Virus record (IMG/VR): IMGVR_UViG_3300037280_000066
Location: 118,061-182,060 of that record
From: a virus
Lineage: Duplodnaviria > Heunggongvirae > Uroviricota > Caudoviricetes
Length of the DNA stretch: 64,000 bases
Strand: one strand, 5' to 3'
Part shown: positions 62,449 through 64,000 of the stretch, piece after piece
Position numbering within the stretch: the first letter of the stretch is position 1
Layout: every line of letters starts with the position of its first letter
The notes under the pieces: generated by a model
The model's input: the letters and a program-made list of their open reading frames with translations, nothing else
What the model was told of the DNA's origin: nothing
The model's database searches: none
Made by a program: the position numbers and the translations under genes

Positions 62449-62477
62449 TTGACAATACTTTATTCATAGTGTACAAT
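62449..62477 (+). promoter_or_regulatory. promoter (TTGACA-17-TGTTACAAT)
   Basis: ATATATTGACAATACTTTATTCATAGTGTACAAT. Confidence 0.55.
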
Positions 62478-62508
62478 GAATAGGTAACCAAAAATAAGGA
62501 GGTAGAAC

Positions 62509-62886
62509 ATGTTAAAGAAGATATTAAGTATAGGGTTGCTAAGTGCTTTTATATTAGGTAATTCTATATTTGTAAGGGCTGAACAGAGTTTTACAGCTAC
62601 AGTTACAGCGTATACCCTAGCTTTTAGTGAATGTGGTAAGTTGCCAAGTGATAAAGGCTATGGCATTACCACAAGTGGTAGGAGGGCAGTAGAGGGAACT
62701 ACTATTGCAATGGATAGAAAGTACAAGTTTGGAACTAAAGTAAGGATAGAGGGTTTCAAATACATATTTACTGTACAGGATAGGGGTGGAGCTATTGTAG
62801 GTAACCGAATTGATATTTATATGAATAACAGAAAGGTTGCCTTGAAGTTCGGAAAGCAAAAATTGAAAGTCACCATTTTAGATTAA
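62509..62886 (+). CDS. secreted 3D-domain (YocH/MltA-C-terminal-like) cell-wall-binding protein
   Basis: 125 aa; signal peptide; TAYTLAFSECGKLPSDKGYGITTSG...VQDRGGAIVGNRIDIYM has three conserved Asp in 3D-domain-like spacing; AAGGAGG RBS. Confidence 0.7.
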   Translation: MLKKILSIGLLSAFILGNSIFVRAEQSFTATVTAYTLAFSECGKLPSDKGYGITTSGRRAVEGTTIAMDRKYKFGTKVRIEGFKYIFTVQDRGGAIVGNRIDIYMNNRKVALKFGKQKLKVTILD

Positions 62887-62904
62887 AAGAAATAAGAAAA
62901 AGTG

Positions 62905-62933
62905 TTGACATTCAAAAGCTTATGTGGTAAGAT
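62905..62933 (+). promoter_or_regulatory. promoter (TTGACA-17-TGGTAAGAT)
   Basis: AAAAGTGTTGACATTCAAAAGCTTATGTGGTAAGAT. Confidence 0.6.
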
Positions 62934-62940
62934 AGTAAAT

Positions 62941-63000
62941 GTAGACAGGGCAAGCGTAAAAATTATTTCCCTTCTTTGAAAGTGTTGTTGCCTTGGATAC
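62941..63000 (+). promoter_or_regulatory. conserved 5'-leader hairpin element, copy E (no downstream ORF within about 1 kb)
   Basis: GTAGACAGGGCAAG-CGTAAAAATTATTTCCCTTCTTTGAAAGTGTTGTT-GCCTTGGATAC. Confidence 0.55.
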
Positions 63001-63031
63001 AGTGACTAAAGTACATAAGCAAGAAAAAAGC

Positions 63032-63060
63032 TTGACAAAAGAAATAAGGTATGGTAAGAT
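63032..63060 (+). promoter_or_regulatory. promoter (TTGACA-17-TGGTAAGAT)
   Basis: AAGCTTGACAAAAGAAATAAGGTATGGTAAGAT. Confidence 0.55.
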
Positions 63061-63125
63061 AAAAGAGTACTAAGCAATGCAACTTATAACCAAAAAATAT
63101 ACAAACAGAAGAGTATAAAAAAGTG

Positions 63126-63154
63126 TTGACAAGTACAAAATGATATGGTAAGAT
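63126..63154 (+). promoter_or_regulatory. promoter (TTGACA-17-TGGTAAGAT)
   Basis: AAAGTGTTGACAAGTACAAAATGATATGGTAAGAT. Confidence 0.55.
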
Positions 63155-63822
63155 AAGAGAGTGGAAATGAACTTTGAAAAATTAATATTTGCTAAATTAA
63201 GTATCTTGAGACTGCGAGTTTGAAATTGTCGAATTTGAGTTATGAGAATACTTAAATAATACTTATTGATGTTTGATTCTTATGTTAATATGCTAATACA
63301 TAAGTTAATAAAAATAAGAGAGATTAAGCTCCCTGCATAGCCAAAAAGAGTGAACAGACCTATACCTAACGCATATTATGTATAATAAAGTTCTGCAAGG
63401 TATTTAATTTAGCGAATATTAGTGAGCAAAGAGTACTATGACCTTTGAAAATTTAATATAGTGTGTTATAATATGCGAGTGGTCAATCACAAAAAGTTCA
63501 TCAGCATAGCAATAGGGATAAATACCTATACTATATAAATGGAGAGGATTATCTTACCTTGTGTAATTGATAAATACCCATTAGTCAATGGACGCATTAT
63601 CTGAGCTTTGCCCTTACTTTATTTGTCAAGCCCACTCCCATATTATAACACATTAAAATAAGATAGAGTAGTGTAGTCAAGAGTTACTTCAAATTATTGT
63701 AAAAATTTAGGTCTTGGTTCGAATCCGAGTGTGGTGGATAAAACCATCATATGGTGTAATGGTAGCAAAAACTGACTCTTAGCGTTTTTCTCTCTAATCT
63801 TATAAAAAAGAAAAATAAAATG

Positions 63823-63851
63823 TTGACAAACAAAACAGTACATGATATACT
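63823..63851 (+). promoter_or_regulatory. promoter (TTGACA-17-TGATATACT)
   Basis: AAATGTTGACAAACAAAACAGTACATGATATACT. Confidence 0.5.
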
Positions 63852-63970
63852 AAGTAAGTAGTTAACGAACATTGAAAATTCAGTAAACAAGGGATAGTGC
63901 AGAATAGAAGTTCTTCACTTTTAATGACGAGGTTGTGGGTTCGAGTCCCATCATGACAGGCTTTACGCTT

Positions 63971-64000
63971 GTTGTGTAACTCAATTGGCAGAGTACGATA
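63971..64000 (+). tRNA. 5' part of a plus-strand tRNA, truncated by the window end
   Basis: TGTTGTG-TA-ACTC-AATTGGCA-GAGT-A-CGATA: acceptor 5' strand, U8, perfect D-arm with GG; the rest lies outside the window. Confidence 0.4.

Overview
AT-rich dsDNA phage or prophage segment with Firmicutes-type signals: AGGAGG-like ribosome-binding sites and many sigma-A-like promoters of the form TTGACA-N17/18-TGnTAAGAT. I read five blocks. (1) 1-15.7 kb holds a leftward late/structural operon: small and large terminase, portal, scaffold-like acidic protein, putative major capsid, head/tail proteins, a T5orf172/GIY-YIG-like gene and a metallophosphoesterase. (2) 15.7-21.1 kb holds a leftward array of about 26 tRNA genes, several of them atypical, interspersed with an HU-like protein, an M15 peptidase and small ORFs; sigma-A-type promoters sit at 20.2 and 21.2 kb. 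(3) 21.2-28.4 kb holds leftward genes for a PIN-PhoH ATPase, an 834-aa protein with an NGADTDGD motif that I interpret as a YonO-like single-subunit RNA polymerase candidate, and a UvrD-type helicase. (4) 28.5-61.2 kb is bracketed by two diverged, inversely oriented paralogous HTH-protein genes, each followed by related hairpin repeats. Inside it are a promoter-driven three-gene cassette ending in a minimal SIR2-like protein; a 4.8-kb island bounded by strand-skewed arms and ATTATGTAAAC iteron clusters, carrying leftward Cys-rich/kinase-like/methyltransferase genes, TGTCATGACA operators and an RHH gene; and about 70 small rightward early genes served by about 25 near-identical promoters. Five of those transcripts begin with a conserved leader hairpin whose stem covaries and whose loop is invariant (CGUAAAUAAAUCCUUCC...GAAAGUGUUGUU). 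This block also contains DUF262/ParB-like, NMN-adenylyltransferase-like, SprT-like and XRE-HTH proteins, plus a probable recoding site at an A7 run. (5) 61.2-64 kb carries SPFH and 3D-domain proteins, a promoter-dense non-coding stretch and tRNA-like pieces on the plus strand. All functional calls come from motifs read by eye; no database search was possible.
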